A stretch of DNA of 64,000 nucleotides from positions 128,001 to 192,000 of the forward strand of contig CAVPNL010000008.1 of NCBI GenBank assembly GCA_963706575.1. The letters run 5' to 3'. The notes beneath the pieces are model-generated. The model was not told where the DNA came from. It did no database searches and saw only the letters and a program-made list of their open reading frames with translations. A program made the position numbers and the translations under genes. The number at the start of each line of letters is the position of its first letter. Within the stretch, counting starts at the first letter, position 1. This stretch comes from an uncultured delta proteobacterium (lineage in GTDB: Bacteria > Desulfobacterota > Desulfobacteria > Desulfobacterales > JAHEIW01). This document shows positions 40,529 through 52,023 of the stretch, piece after piece.

Positions 40529-42268
40529 CTATCTGAGCCATAACCAGACGAAAGAAATTATACCCGCCACCAGAAACTGGGTTTCAAGCAAAAATTCCAG
40601 TCGTATACCCGGAAACATCAGCGCCCGTTCATACGCAAAAATAATAATCGATATCAGCAAAGGGCATATGACCAGGAAAAAGCCCAGACTCGAGGTCAGT
40701 TGAAAAACACTGGAAATAACCAATATCGCCATCAATACAATCAGCATTATTTTAAGCAGGTGCATTGACCGCTTTTCCCCCAGTATAATCGGGATGGTTT
40801 CTTTACCGACAAGCCGATCGCCCTGCATGTCGAGTATATCGAAAAAGGCGGTTCTGACAAATACCATCCCAACCGCCCACAACGCCACGAGTGCATTTAC
40901 CCAGCTGATGGTGCCGAATTTGGAAAGTGGTGGCAGGACAGCGGTTACCATCCCCCAGGCCATGGCAATCAAAAGCGTTTTTGAGCCGGGGATATCCCTT
41001 AATTTACGATATTTGATGCCAGCCAGCCTTTGCGGAATTATTTTCAGGTTGTAAGACAGCCCCAGAAGGCTCATGATCAACAAGGCCAAAAATGGAAACC
41101 GGCCAATATTGTAAGCGATGATCAGACCGGCCCCGCCCGAAAGCAGCGCTGATATGGCGAGCAGGGTTTTATGACGATCATAGAATTCGGCCCTGTCCGG
41201 ATCATTGAAACGGTCGGCACGGGTGTCCGTCAGATGATTGAGGATGTGCATGGATTGAACGTACAGCATCGAAATTAAAATATAGGGAAACGTCTGATGA
41301 ATTCCCTGAAGTTTGTTGCAGGCATAACACAATGCGCCGGCACCGACGGCCACATAAATATTGGTCAACAACAGTGCGCGCTGGATTTCAAATAAAATAC
41401 GCCGCCAACCCTGTTTGCGTTTGAAAAGCAAGGCCTCTAAAGCCCGGTAGACTTTTTTGATGACCCAGTTGGGTGTGGATGCGCCGGCGGTTATGCCGAT
41501 CTGGCGGGCGCTGGCCAACGCTGCCAGGTCCAGGCCGATCAGATCTTCCTCGCTTTCGATGTGAAAGGCCGGCTTGCCGGTCTGGCGGGCAATATCAACC
41601 AGTCTTTTGGTATTGCCGCTGTTGCGGCCGCCCACGACAATGACCGCATCCACTGATTCAGCCAGGCGTTGAACCTCTGCCTGTCGACGTTCTGTAGAAT
41701 CGCAGATGGTTTCAAAAATTTTATAGTGCGGGTGGTTTTCGGCCGCCCATTTTTTAACAGCACGCCAGAGGTGGGTGTTGAGGGTCGTTTGAGCGACGAT
41801 AATGGCATTTTCAAAGCGGGGCAGCGCTACCAGTTCATCAATATTTTTGGCGACATAGCTTTTATCACCGCCATAACCGTGCAAACCGATAACTTCCGGA
41901 TGATTCTTGTCACCGACGATGATGGAAGCAAATCCCTTTTTCAGGTGCTTTTTGATAATCGTCTGCACCTTTATCACCCGCGGGCAGGTTGCATCGATAA
42001 CGTTAAAACCCACTTCTTCTAACTCATTACGGGTCTCCGGCGGTACGCCATGGGCCCGGATGAGTACCGTACCCGAGCCCTGCTGAGGGGTTTCATTGAA
42101 AGCGGATATGCCTTTTTCTTCCAAAATTTCGAGAACTTGAGGATTATGAATCAGCGGGCCATATGTCGAAATGGGATTCAGGTGTTCCTCGGGGGCATCC
42201 AGCACCATTTCAACTGCCCGGCGAACGCCCATGCAAAATCCGGAAGTTTTGGCAATAATGATTTTCAT
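40529..42268 (-). CDS. ispH: HMBPP reductase fused to a UbiA-like prenyltransferase domain
   Basis: GFCMGVRRAV, DATCPRV, TICDST..RQ, TAGASTP; C-terminal TM helices with NHLTD..AD and DILDMQGD. Confidence 0.92.
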   Translation of the reverse strand: MKIIIAKTSGFCMGVRRAVEMVLDAPEEHLNPISTYGPLIHNPQVLEILEEKGISAFNETPQQGSGTVLIRAHGVPPETRNELEEVGFNVIDATCPRVIKVQTIIKKHLKKGFASIIVGDKNHPEVIGLHGYGGDKSYVAKNIDELVALPRFENAIIVAQTTLNTHLWRAVKKWAAENHPHYKIFETICDSTERRQAEVQRLAESVDAVIVVGGRNSGNTKRLVDIARQTGKPAFHIESEEDLIGLDLAALASARQIGITAGASTPNWVIKKVYRALEALLFKRKQGWRRILFEIQRALLLTNIYVAVGAGALCYACNKLQGIHQTFPYILISMLYVQSMHILNHLTDTRADRFNDPDRAEFYDRHKTLLAISALLSGGAGLIIAYNIGRFPFLALLIMSLLGLSYNLKIIPQRLAGIKYRKLRDIPGSKTLLIAMAWGMVTAVLPPLSKFGTISWVNALVALWAVGMVFVRTAFFDILDMQGDRLVGKETIPIILGEKRSMHLLKIMLIVLMAILVISSVFQLTSSLGFFLVICPLLISIIIFAYERALMFPGIRLEFLLETQFLVAGIISFVWLWLR

Positions 42269-42269
42269 T

Positions 42270-42791
42270 TCAGAGCTTTTTAATTTTCATGCGGTTGCGC
42301 CGCTGTTTTTTGGGCAGCCTGCGGGATGGCCCTTTTTTTCTGGTGGTGGGGATCCAGCCCTGGGAATCTTCGGCTTCGCCGATGGGGCTGTCGAAGTGTG
42401 TCGCCATCTCTATCTTCGCTTCGAACTCCTGAGAACTAATCGTTGCTGCACCATTTGCGGCCGCAGAATCGGCGACTTCCCGATCCGAGCTGACCACCAG
42501 GGCCTTTTCGCGTTCCCTGTGTGCCATGCGCTTGATCACATCATCCGCCGATTCCCCGCTGCGAGAAAACCGCATGGAAATTCCTTTTTGTCGGTTGCGT
42601 TGCGGGGAAAAACCTGGACTGTTGCGTCCATCAAAGACCACTGTAATCCGGTGAGGTTTTATTTTGCGGTAAGCCGCCAACATATCCACCAGCGCCTCAC
42701 GACCCAGCATGATGTCCTGCTGATCTAGGGTGCTTAACGTTGTTGATTGGCGGATAAAATTATAACCGTCTATGATGATATGAATGGACAT
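42270..42791 (-). CDS. NYN/YacP-like domain protein
   Basis: IIDGYN, VVFDG, SADDVI, VVSSDRE. Confidence 0.88.
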   Translation of the reverse strand: MSIHIIIDGYNFIRQSTTLSTLDQQDIMLGREALVDMLAAYRKIKPHRITVVFDGRNSPGFSPQRNRQKGISMRFSRSGESADDVIKRMAHREREKALVVSSDREVADSAAANGAATISSQEFEAKIEMATHFDSPIGEAEDSQGWIPTTRKKGPSRRLPKKQRRNRMKIKKL

Positions 42792-42889
42792 CTTTAGAGT
42801 CAATGCTGTTAAATTTGCTGGCTGAATGTTTGTCGTGACCCAGATCTATTGTCTAAAATATTATTAAGTACGGAGGCGTGTTACCCATC

Positions 42890-42956
42890 CGTCACTCCCG
42901 CGCAGGCGGGAGTCCAGTTCAAAGATTCATGGATTCCCGCCTGCGCGGGAATGACG
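42890..42956. repeat. CGTC-type REP / dRS3-like inverted doublet
   Basis: CGTCACTCCCGCGCAGGCGGGAGTCCA...TGGATTCCCGCCTGCGCGGGAATGACG. Confidence 0.8.
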
Positions 42957-42976
42957 ATCATTTAGAGGGGACAACA

Positions 42977-43885
42977 CTAGAATTTGGTTTGCTGCAGACG
43001 TTGTATCAGGCGGTCTAAATCGTCATTGCTGTAAAATTCAATTTCAACCCTGCCTGTCTGGCCCCGTTGTTTTATGACAACTTTGGTGCCAAAATGCCGC
43101 GAGAGATCATCCGCCAGGCTGAGCAGGTGAATGTCCTCGGTACTTTTGCGGCTCACCTTCGGTTTTTTCTTTTCGCCTTTCAATGATCGAATCAGCTCTT
43201 CGGTTTCCCTGACGGACAGGTCCCTTTTAACCACCGTCCGCCATGCAGCCATTTGCTGGGTGGTATTTTCGATACCCAGCAGCGCCCTGGCATGCCCCAT
43301 TGTCAGCTTGCCTTCCTGGATGCTGGTCTTAATGGGGTCGGGTAGCTGCCGCAATCTCAAAAAATTGGCAACCGCGGAGCGGCTTTTGCCCACCCGCGCT
43401 GCAACTTTATCCTGCGTCAGATTGAATTCGGTAATCAGACGGTGGTAGGCTTCGGATTCTTCGATGGGGTTGATATTGGCGCGCTGGATATTTTCGACAA
43501 TCGATAGCTCCAATAATTTGGAATCATCGATACGTTTGGTAACAACCGGCACCTGGGTGAGCCCGGCTTTTTTGGCTGCCCGCAAACGCCTTTCGCCGGC
43601 GATCAGCTCATACCCGTCGTTTTCTTCACGGACCAGAAGCGGCTGCAGGATACCCTGTTCTTTAATGGATTGGCAAAGTTCCGCCAATTCATCTTCGTCA
43701 AACTGCATGCGCGGTTGATACCGGTTGGGCCGGATATGTTCAATTTCACAGTAAAAAAAATCTTTGGATTCTTCCTGCGATTTCTCAATTTCCGGGATAA
43801 GTGCACCCAAACCTCTTCCCAGAGCCTGTTTTTTTCGCTTGGTCGGGCCGCCGGCAGACGCTTTCTTGGTTTTTTTCTTTTGCAT
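42977..43885 (-). CDS. parB: Chromosome partitioning protein ParB/Spo0J
   Basis: LGRGLGALI, QPR, GERRLRA, ENIQR, HTH KSRSAVAN.LRL. Confidence 0.96.
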   Translation of the reverse strand: MQKKKTKKASAGGPTKRKKQALGRGLGALIPEIEKSQEESKDFFYCEIEHIRPNRYQPRMQFDEDELAELCQSIKEQGILQPLLVREENDGYELIAGERRLRAAKKAGLTQVPVVTKRIDDSKLLELSIVENIQRANINPIEESEAYHRLITEFNLTQDKVAARVGKSRSAVANFLRLRQLPDPIKTSIQEGKLTMGHARALLGIENTTQQMAAWRTVVKRDLSVRETEELIRSLKGEKKKPKVSRKSTEDIHLLSLADDLSRHFGTKVVIKQRGQTGRVEIEFYSNDDLDRLIQRLQQTKF

Positions 43886-44046
43886 TGTCTTCCTCTGCAG
43901 CTATTAACTGGAACCTATTTCAAAAAAAGTGACTAAAGTGAACTAAAGTATGAAGTGACTAAAGTTAAGGAGTCGCTCGCGCAGCGCTCCATTATTTAAT
44001 ATAAAACGGATCGTTTGACCCTGAGGCTCTCGACGGGCAGAATTCA

Positions 44047-44805
44047 TCAGGTTGTTATAATTTCTCTGGCCAGTTCAAAGTAGCTCTGGGCGCCGACGGA
44101 TGTGGCATCGTACAGCAATATGGGTTTCCCAAAGCTGGGCGCCTCGCTTAAGCGGACGTTTCTGGGCACCATGGTTTTAAAAACCAGTTCCTTGAAATAG
44201 TTTTTGGCTTCTTCGGCGACCTGATAAGCGAGATTGGTGCGTTTATCAAACATGGTCAATAAGATTCCGGCAACTTTTAAATCCGGATTCAAGTTGCGCT
44301 TAATGCGTTTTATCGTGTTGAGGAGTTGCCCCAGACCCTCTAGCGCATAGTACTCCGCCTGCAGTGGTATCAATACTGAATGTGCGGCGGTAAGGGCGTT
44401 GACCGTCAGAAGACTCAAGGAAGGCGGGCAGTCCAGAAAAATATAGTCAAATGAATGGTCTAGGCCGGAAATCAAGTTTTTCAAGGCCTTTTCACGATCG
44501 TGTTTGGACATCATTTCGACTTCAAATCCGATCAATTCGACGTCAGCCGGAATTACTTTGAGGGTGGGAATTTCACTGTCCACGATCAGGCTTGACGCAC
44601 CGGCCCGGCCCAGCATGCCATGATAAAGGGTTTTTTCCAACCGGGAGCGATCGATGCCGAGTCCGGAAGTCGCATTTGCCTGCGGATCGCAATCGATCAG
44701 CAGTGTTTTTTTTTCTGAAACCGCCAGAGCGGCCGACAGGTTAACGGCAGTGGTTGTCTTGCCGACGCCGCCTTTCTGGTTGGCTATGCAGATGATGTGG
44801 GCCAT
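44047..44805 (-). CDS. parA: Chromosome partitioning ATPase ParA/Soj
   Basis: NQKGGVGKTT, DCDPQANAT, DCPPSL, EAPSFG. Confidence 0.96.
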   Translation of the reverse strand: MAHIICIANQKGGVGKTTTAVNLSAALAVSEKKTLLIDCDPQANATSGLGIDRSRLEKTLYHGMLGRAGASSLIVDSEIPTLKVIPADVELIGFEVEMMSKHDREKALKNLISGLDHSFDYIFLDCPPSLSLLTVNALTAAHSVLIPLQAEYYALEGLGQLLNTIKRIKRNLNPDLKVAGILLTMFDKRTNLAYQVAEEAKNYFKELVFKTMVPRNVRLSEAPSFGKPILLYDATSVGAQSYFELAREIITT

Positions 44806-44916
44806 AATCCGGATGCTCTAACATAAAATTTGGGGTTTGAAAAGAACTTTAAAATATGGCATTTTTGTTCTAACAGTGTTAAACTGGCGCTCAGAGTCAG
44901 GTCAGAATGCACCGTT

Positions 44917-45152
44917 TTTGTCGTAATCGAATGCCCTGGGGTAATGGAATGCTGGAATGCTGGAAAGCTGGGTTTGAAGGAGTGAGGATTACATTTATGT
45001 CGATGGCCCTTATCGGATAATAAAATCAGAAGATCATCCGTTTTTCATGCCCAATATTCCATTTTTCCACCGTTCCATTATTCCATTGGTTAATTGGCTG
45101 CAAACACCAGCCCTCTGTGGCGAAACCAAAGCATAGTCCTTTTGGCCGGGAC
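44917..45152. repeat. ~236-bp dispersed element with TGGAAT/ATTCCA octamer arms, copy 1
   Basis: Colinear similarity with 55198..55434. Confidence 0.75.
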
Positions 45153-45178
45153 TTTTTGCTTAAACTGTTTGAATACCA

Positions 45179-46585
45179 ATGATTCGAAAACTCATATATA
45201 TCTGGATTGCGGCTTTATTCTTGTTGACCCAGCTATACCCCCAGGGTGCCCTTGGCATTACCGTCAGTGAAGAAGAGAAGCTCTCCCGGGCGATCCTGCG
45301 CCACATTTATCAGCAGTATGAAATTATTGATGATCCGGAAGTTGTCAATTACGTTAACAAGGTCGGCAATCGCATCGTTGAGGGTCTGCAAGACCCCCTG
45401 TTCAACTATAGATTTCACGTTATCAATGTAGATGCGTATAATGCTTTTGCCATTCCGGCCGGCTATATTTTTATTAATAGCGGGTTGCTGGCGGCCATGG
45501 ACAGTGAAGAGGAGCTGGCCGGCATTCTGGCGCATGAAATTGCCCATGTAAACGCGCGCCATATATCCCAGAAAATCGAAAGATCCAAGAAAATCGGCTG
45601 GGCGACCATGGCGGGCATGGCCGCCGGCATTTTAATCGGAGCGGCCGGTGGGGGAGACGCGGCACAGGCCGTCACAAAAGGCAGCGCGGCTGCCGGGGCA
45701 GCCGCCGAATTGTCCTATAGCCGTGATAACGAAATGCAGGCCGACCAACTGGGCCTGATCTACCTGACGGATGCCGGTTACAGCAGCGAAGGCTTGCTGA
45801 AGATCTTAAAAAAGATGCGCAGCAAACAGTGGTTCGACACCGAACAGGTGCCCACTTACATGCGGACGCATCCGGCGATTGATGATCGCATTGTCTATCT
45901 TGATGCACAGATTTCCGCAACGCAGAAACCCGCCGAGACCAGACCCCGGGGATCTTCAGAAGAATTTTTAAGGGTGCACACCTATCTGATTACCCGATAT
46001 GGCGATGAAAATCTGGTATTAAGGCACCTTCAAACCGAGGTTACGAAATATCCGCAGGATCCGATGGCCCATTACCGTTACGGGCTTATTCTGGCCCGGG
46101 TGGGCCGCAAAGACGAAGCCATAGCGCATCTAAGGACCGCAATGGAAAAGCGGGCATTTGATCCTTATATCCTGAGGGATGTCGGCAGGGTTTATTATTT
46201 GGATGGGCAGTATCAGCAATCATTAAAAATGCTGAAAACGGCTCACCATATGATTCCGGATGATGCGGAATGCGGCCTGTACCTCGGGCAGACTTATATG
46301 GATATGGGATTGTTTGATGAGGCTTCGCCTGTTTTAGAGGAGGTGGTTAAAAAACATCCCGGTTATACCAAGGCTTACCTCATCCTGGGTCAAAGTCTGG
46401 GCAATCAGGGAAATCTGGGAGATGCGCACTATTATCTCGGTATCTACCACACGCGCCGAGGCGACCACAAGACTGCTGTTGTCCAATACCGGAATGCGCT
46501 CAAATATGTCAAGGATCCTGACAGGCGAGCCAAAATAGAAGAGCGCTTAAAACAGTTCGAGGAAGCATTTACCAAAAAGCGCTAA
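45179..46585 (+). CDS. M48 metalloprotease with TPR repeats (BepA/YfgC-like)
   Basis: Signal peptide, NAFA, HEIAH, YSRDNE..AD, THP, TPR tail. Confidence 0.9.
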   Translation: MIRKLIYIWIAALFLLTQLYPQGALGITVSEEEKLSRAILRHIYQQYEIIDDPEVVNYVNKVGNRIVEGLQDPLFNYRFHVINVDAYNAFAIPAGYIFINSGLLAAMDSEEELAGILAHEIAHVNARHISQKIERSKKIGWATMAGMAAGILIGAAGGGDAAQAVTKGSAAAGAAAELSYSRDNEMQADQLGLIYLTDAGYSSEGLLKILKKMRSKQWFDTEQVPTYMRTHPAIDDRIVYLDAQISATQKPAETRPRGSSEEFLRVHTYLITRYGDENLVLRHLQTEVTKYPQDPMAHYRYGLILARVGRKDEAIAHLRTAMEKRAFDPYILRDVGRVYYLDGQYQQSLKMLKTAHHMIPDDAECGLYLGQTYMDMGLFDEASPVLEEVVKKHPGYTKAYLILGQSLGNQGNLGDAHYYLGIYHTRRGDHKTAVVQYRNALKYVKDPDRRAKIEERLKQFEEAFTKKR

Positions 46586-48618
46586 CTGCGGTCAAAGTGC
46601 GAAAACTGCATCGAAAAGGTTCCGCGGCCCTGGGTTGCAGAGCGCAGGGTTGTCGAATAGCCGAACATTTGTGACAGCGGGACGGTTGCATTGATCACCT
46701 GGGCCCCGCTTTTGTGTTCTATGGATTCAATTTTCCCGCCTCTGGAATTCAAGTCTCCGATGACATCACCCATGAAGGCCTCGGGCACAAAGATCTCCGC
46801 ATTCATTATCGGCTCCAGCAAAAATGGGTTGCCGGCGGTCATGGCCTCTTTACATGCCATTGAGGCACTGACGGTATAGGCCAGTTGGGTCCCAAGTGAT
46901 TCCTTATAATTGGTATTCACCAGTTTGACCTCTACGTCCACCACCGGATATCCCATCAGCGATCCGCTTTCGAGGGATTCCAGAACTCCTTTTTCAAACG
47001 CGGCGATCAACAGGTCCGGCAGAACATCTGTCGAGATTTGGCTGATAAATTTATTCCCGGTTCCCCGGGGCAAGGGTGCCATTTTCACCGAAACTTCTGC
47101 AAAATGGCGCTGCCCGGCGATTTCTTTATCAAAAATGACCGAGGCCGACGATTTTTTTTCGATGGTTTCACGGTAAACCACCTGCGGCTTACCCACATTG
47201 ACATTGGTGCGGAACTCACGCTGCATACGGCTGATAATGATTTCCAGATGTAATTCTCCCATCCCCGATAGGATTGTCTGGGCGGTATCTTCATCTTTTC
47301 GAACGACAAGGGTTGGATCTTCGGCTATAAATTTGGCCAGGACCGCATCTAATTTTTCCTGGTCCGCATGGGTTTTGGGTTCCACCGCAACGGAGATAAC
47401 CGGTTCATAGAACTCGATTTTTTCGAGCAAGACCGGATGCTCATGGTTACACAGGGTTTCGCCGGTTGAAGATTCTTTTAATCCCATCACGCCGACAATG
47501 CGCCCGGCACCTGCGGATTCCATCCGTTCTCGTCGATTGGCATGCATGTTTAATATGCGCGCAATTTTTTCCTTTTCATTGCGGGCGGGATTAAATACCT
47601 CCCCGCCGACCTTGATTCGTCCGCTGTAAATCCGGATAAAGGATAATTTGCGCCCCTCCATCATTGCGACTTTGAAAATCAGGGCGGCCAGCGGTTCGGA
47701 ATCTTTGGGCAGACAGGTAATTATTTCACCGGATTCAGGGTGGGTCCCTTCAATCGGGGGGATATCCGCCGGACTCGGCAAAAATTCGATGATGGCATCA
47801 AGCAGCGGCTGGATACCTTTATTTTTCAAGGCCGCACCGCAGAGCACCGGTACCAGCTTCAGGTCAATCGTCGCTTTGCGTACGGCGGCGAGCAATTTAT
47901 CCGTATCAATGGGCGCTTCCGCCAGATAAGCCTCCATGATATCATCGTCAAATTCCGCCGCGGTTTCGATCAGCTTCTCGCGGTATTCTTCTGCGGTGTT
48001 CATAAATTCCGGCGCGATCTCCTGTTCTTCAAAGTCTACTCCCAGCGTTTCTTCATCCCACAGGATCTGCTTCATGCGGATTAAATCGATAATGGTTTTG
48101 AAATCATCTTCCGTGCCTCCCGGCAGTTGCAGGATGAGGGGTTGGGCCTTAAGGCGCTCTTTCATCATCTTAACCGTGCCGAAAAAATCAGCTCCGACTC
48201 GGTCCAATTTATTGATAAAGGCGATTTTGGGCACATGGTATTTATCCGCCTGGCGCCACACGGTTTCAGATTGCGGCTCCACTCCCTCCACGGCACTGAA
48301 TATACCGATGGCGCCGTCCAGCACCCGCAGGGACCGTTCAACCTCGATCGTAAAATCAACATGTCCGGGCGTATCAATGATGTGAATTTCCGCATTTCCC
48401 CAATGGCAGGTGGTGACGGCGGAAGTAATCGTAATGCCTCTTTCCTGTTCATCGGGCATCCAATCCATCACCGCCTCTCCATCATGGACCTCACCGATTT
48501 TATGGGAGCGACCGGTGTAATACAGAATGCGCTCGGTCACCGTCGTCTTACCGGCATCAATATGGGCGATAATGCCGATGTTGCGTATATTTCCGATTTT
48601 TGTTGCTTTTGTTTTCAT
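46582..48618 (-). CDS. fusA: Elongation factor G, stand-alone paralog
   Basis: [42 protein letters not shown]. Confidence 0.9.
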   Translation of the reverse strand: MKTKATKIGNIRNIGIIAHIDAGKTTVTERILYYTGRSHKIGEVHDGEAVMDWMPDEQERGITITSAVTTCHWGNAEIHIIDTPGHVDFTIEVERSLRVLDGAIGIFSAVEGVEPQSETVWRQADKYHVPKIAFINKLDRVGADFFGTVKMMKERLKAQPLILQLPGGTEDDFKTIIDLIRMKQILWDEETLGVDFEEQEIAPEFMNTAEEYREKLIETAAEFDDDIMEAYLAEAPIDTDKLLAAVRKATIDLKLVPVLCGAALKNKGIQPLLDAIIEFLPSPADIPPIEGTHPESGEIITCLPKDSEPLAALIFKVAMMEGRKLSFIRIYSGRIKVGGEVFNPARNEKEKIARILNMHANRRERMESAGAGRIVGVMGLKESSTGETLCNHEHPVLLEKIEFYEPVISVAVEPKTHADQEKLDAVLAKFIAEDPTLVVRKDEDTAQTILSGMGELHLEIIISRMQREFRTNVNVGKPQVVYRETIEKKSSASVIFDKEIAGQRHFAEVSVKMAPLPRGTGNKFISQISTDVLPDLLIAAFEKGVLESLESGSLMGYPVVDVEVKLVNTNYKESLGTQLAYTVSASMACKEAMTAGNPFLLEPIMNAEIFVPEAFMGDVIGDLNSRGGKIESIEHKSGAQVINATVPLSQMFGYSTTLRSATQGRGTFSMQFSHFDRS

Positions 48619-49187
48619 CGTATCAATAGCATATTTGCCTTAATCGGAATTTGCAGATCGATATGACCCGCAAGCGTCACTGATTCATCTCCGTTAATCA
48701 GTATTTTTACCGCCTCGATTTCAGTCACATTCAATACCAGCGAATTGACAATAGAATAGATGCTCAGCAATTCAGATTTTATTCCACCCGGGTGGTTTTC
48801 GACAACAGCAGACGTCAGGTCAAGATAGCAAATGCCCTGCGGGGTCAAATAAACGGCGCGCACGGCCGTCTCCGCAGGGAGGGTGCGCGCCAAGCCCAGC
48901 TGGGGGCCTTTTATCAGTGCTTCTACAATACTTCTGGCAAGAAATTCAGGGTCTTTCGGGCTTTTCAGAACCCGCTCTTCGGCCATCAAGAACCGGTTGT
49001 CTTTGTCCGAAAAATACAAATGGACCGGGGTTGCTTGTGCTGACGCCAGGTCTGCCGGTAGCGGGCTCTTTGCAAGCTGCCTGCGAACCGCCCCTTGTTG
49101 ACCCGACCGCATGATTAACACCAGCAGCAATACGATACCCACCATCAGTGTAGAAACAAAATACCAGATATAGCGCTTTGCGATCAT
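48615..49187 (-). CDS. GerMN domain membrane-anchored protein
   Basis: N-terminal [33 protein letters not shown]. Confidence 0.85.
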   Translation of the reverse strand: MIAKRYIWYFVSTLMVGIVLLLVLIMRSGQQGAVRRQLAKSPLPADLASAQATPVHLYFSDKDNRFLMAEERVLKSPKDPEFLARSIVEALIKGPQLGLARTLPAETAVRAVYLTPQGICYLDLTSAVVENHPGGIKSELLSIYSIVNSLVLNVTEIEAVKILINGDESVTLAGHIDLQIPIKANMLLIR

Positions 49188-49355
49188 AATGCCGGAGGGG
49201 TCCTTTTGGGTAAAGTTTGCATACCGGTGGCGTCAATTAAAATAGAACCCGATTTTTATGCCAATCACCGGTGGATGTCAAGCATTAGCACTGCCTGCCA
49301 TTTTAGTTTGACTTGCCTCATGCAGGAATGGTATCAGAAGCGTTTTCAGAAAACA

Positions 49356-49383
49356 AAAAAGGTTAGTCATGGACTAACCTTTT
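49356..49383. terminator. Terminator after tRNA-Ala
   Basis: AAAAGGTTAGTC-ATG-GACTAACCTTTT. Confidence 0.75.
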
Positions 49384-49396
49384 ATCTATCAGTTGA

Positions 49397-49472
49397 TGGT
49401 GGAGCTGATCGGGATCGAACCGACGACCTCATGACTGCCAGTCATGCGCTCTCCCAGCTGAGCTACAGCCCC
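49397..49472 (-). tRNA. tRNA-Ala (GGC)
   Basis: GGGGCTGTAGCTCAGCTGGGAGAGCG-CATGA-CTGGCAG-TCATG..GTTCGATCC..CAGCTCCACCA. Confidence 0.97.
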
Positions 49473-49678
49473 ACTTGGTGTTTCCTGTTTTACAGGCGCA
49501 CCTAACAAAAACCGGCAGGGGTGTCAATATTTAATTCAACTATTTACCCTTCCGGTTGCAGCCGTTTAGGAAATCCATAGGAGCCGAAGGGCTGTTGCCA
49601 TCTATTGACAAAACTTTAAATGGCAAATATTATTAGCATGTTACGTTTTGCATCAGGCATTAGATGGGAGGGATTTGA

Positions 49679-49921
49679 ATGAAATGGGTTGGGAACCCAA
49701 CAGATCCGTTTTCGGATCAGCCAAACAGCCCGGATGCTTACAAGGATTTTGACGCCACCGAGCTTTACTGCCCGAAATGTAAACAGTCGGTACCGGTTCG
49801 CAAACGGCTTCTGCTGATATTGCCGCAAGGTGATAAATACGAATATTTATGTGCCTATTGCGCTGAAGCGGTTGGGACAAAAATTGACAAGCAGGACAAG
49901 CCGCTTACCATAATTACCTAA
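49679..49921 (+). CDS. Small zinc-finger protein
   Basis: GGAGG RBS; CPKC...CAYC. Confidence 0.75.
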   Translation: MKWVGNPTDPFSDQPNSPDAYKDFDATELYCPKCKQSVPVRKRLLLILPQGDKYEYLCAYCAEAVGTKIDKQDKPLTIIT

Positions 49922-50067
49922 TTTTGGGCTTTCTTTCTTTTACGTTTTTGTAGTATTTTATGAAAAATAACGGTTCAGCGGTTTAGGGTTCAGAGGTTCA
50001 GGGTTGAAATAACCCTGAACGTTGAACGTTGTATATTGAACCTTGAACCCACGAGGAGAAAAATTCG

Positions 50068-51963
50068 ATGTTAAGTTTAATGCGGAAACATGCCGGCACC
50101 TGGATGATCAAGATTATTTTAGGTGCCATTGTCGTTGTATTTGTGTTTTGGGGAGTTGGAAGTTACACATCCCGCAGATCTGGCAGGGTTGCCGATGTAA
50201 ACGGGACCATCATTACGTTAGGTGATTACCGCAACTCTTACACCAACCTTGTTGAACAGGTGCGGCAGTCATTCGGCAATAATTTGAATGACGAATTGAT
50301 TCAGGCATTGCAGCTGCGAAAGCGCGCTTTGGACCAGCTTGTTGATAGAGCCCTGATGCTTCAGGAGGCCGAAAAGTTAAAAATCCAGGTATCGGATGAG
50401 GAGCTTGCCGAAACGATTAGAAACATCCGTGCCTTTCAGACAGCCGGATTGTTCGACAACCAGCGTTATCTGAATGCGTTAAGTCGCACACAGCTTACGC
50501 CTGAAACCTTTGAGGAACAGCAGCGCGAGGCACTGATCATTGACAAACTTCAATACTTTATTACCGGCAACATTAAGGTATCGGAGCTGGAAGCCCGGCA
50601 ATGGTATAAATACAATAATACCCAAGTCGACCTGGATTATGTTCTGCTGGAACCCGGGCAATTTAAGAACATTGAACCCACAGCGGATGAGATTCTGGAT
50701 TATTTTGATCAGCATAAACAAACCTATAAAACCGATCCTGAAATTAAAGTTCGTTACCTGCATTTAAAACCAGAGGACTTTACAGCCAAGGTAACGGCTG
50801 CCGAAGATGATATCCAAGATTATTATGAAAACAATCTGGAAAAATTCAAAAATCCGAAAACAGTCCAAGCACGGCATATTCTGATAAAAGTCGATCAGAA
50901 CGCCAAGCCGCAAGAAGTTGAAAGCGCACGCCAAAAAGCCGAAGATGTTCTTAAACTGGCAAGGGCAGGTCAGGATTTCGCAGCGCTTGCCCGGCAATAC
51001 TCAGAGGGCCCGACAAAAACCAAAGGGGGGGATCTGGGGACTTTCCGCAGGGAAGCGATGGTCAAACCTTTTGCGGACAAGGCTTTTTCGATGAAAGCCG
51101 ATGATATCAGCGACCCGGTTCGCACCCGTTTCGGCTGGCATATTATCAAGGTTGAAAAAATAAATCCCGCAAAAACCCTTTCATTGGATGAGGCGCGAGA
51201 AGACATTGAAAAAACGCTGAGAACAGAGCGATCCAAAAATCTGGCCTATGATGAAGCCGAAAGTGTCTATGAAGCCACGTTTGAGGGCCAAAAGCTGGTC
51301 GATATTGCTCAAGAGCGTAATTTGAAACTTCTGACGACGAAACTTTTTCCTCAAAAAAGTCCCCCTCAAAAAATCAAAGATGCCGCCCGGTTTGCAACGG
51401 TTGCTTTTAGCCTGCCGGTTGACGAAGTCAGTGATGTTCAGGAATTTGGTGATGGCTATTATTTGATTGAAGTTATTGAAAAGGTGCCGTCTAAAATTCC
51501 GGAGCTCAAGGCCGTAGAAGACAGTATTAGAAAAGATGTCATCAAAGAAAAGCAGGATGCCAAAGCGCTTAGCGAAGCCAATCGGTTTTTGGCGGAGCTT
51601 AAGACCGGGCATCCTTTTGACACCGTCAGCCAAAAGTTCAAGTTAGTACCAAAAAAAACGGGCTTTTTCAAACGTAACGATTCCATACCCACGATCGGCC
51701 AAGAGGCCGAAATTGCACGCACTGCTTTTAATCTATCTGATCATGATCAGCTACCCGGCGAACCCCTAAAAGGTCAAAAAGGCTATTATGTGATCAGCTT
51801 CCGCGACCGGCAGGAACCAGAATTAGACGGATTTGAAAAGGAAAAGGCAGCCCTCAAGGATCGGTTGCTGCAACAAAAGACGTTTAAAACCATGGATGCC
51901 TGGTTGAAGCGCATAAAGAGTGAAAGCCAGATTTCCATCGAAGAAGGTTTCTGGCAAAGTTAG
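50068..51963 (+). CDS. ppiD: PpiD-like membrane-anchored chaperone (SurA N-terminal + parvulin)
   Basis: N-terminal TM, ARHILIK, GGDLG.F, VRTRFGWHIIKV. Confidence 0.85.
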   Translation: MLSLMRKHAGTWMIKIILGAIVVVFVFWGVGSYTSRRSGRVADVNGTIITLGDYRNSYTNLVEQVRQSFGNNLNDELIQALQLRKRALDQLVDRALMLQEAEKLKIQVSDEELAETIRNIRAFQTAGLFDNQRYLNALSRTQLTPETFEEQQREALIIDKLQYFITGNIKVSELEARQWYKYNNTQVDLDYVLLEPGQFKNIEPTADEILDYFDQHKQTYKTDPEIKVRYLHLKPEDFTAKVTAAEDDIQDYYENNLEKFKNPKTVQARHILIKVDQNAKPQEVESARQKAEDVLKLARAGQDFAALARQYSEGPTKTKGGDLGTFRREAMVKPFADKAFSMKADDISDPVRTRFGWHIIKVEKINPAKTLSLDEAREDIEKTLRTERSKNLAYDEAESVYEATFEGQKLVDIAQERNLKLLTTKLFPQKSPPQKIKDAARFATVAFSLPVDEVSDVQEFGDGYYLIEVIEKVPSKIPELKAVEDSIRKDVIKEKQDAKALSEANRFLAELKTGHPFDTVSQKFKLVPKKTGFFKRNDSIPTIGQEAEIARTAFNLSDHDQLPGEPLKGQKGYYVISFRDRQEPELDGFEKEKAALKDRLLQQKTFKTMDAWLKRIKSESQISIEEGFWQS

Positions 51964-52023
51964 CCGATCAACAGGTCCTTGACGGTACACCACTTCTAAG
52001 CAGTTAATGAAAGGAGATGGAAG

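Noticed and set aside
51989..51999. ACCACTTCTAA as a solo MITE end (similar at ~15858)
   Set aside because: Only 10-11 bp with no accompanying core; may be chance.
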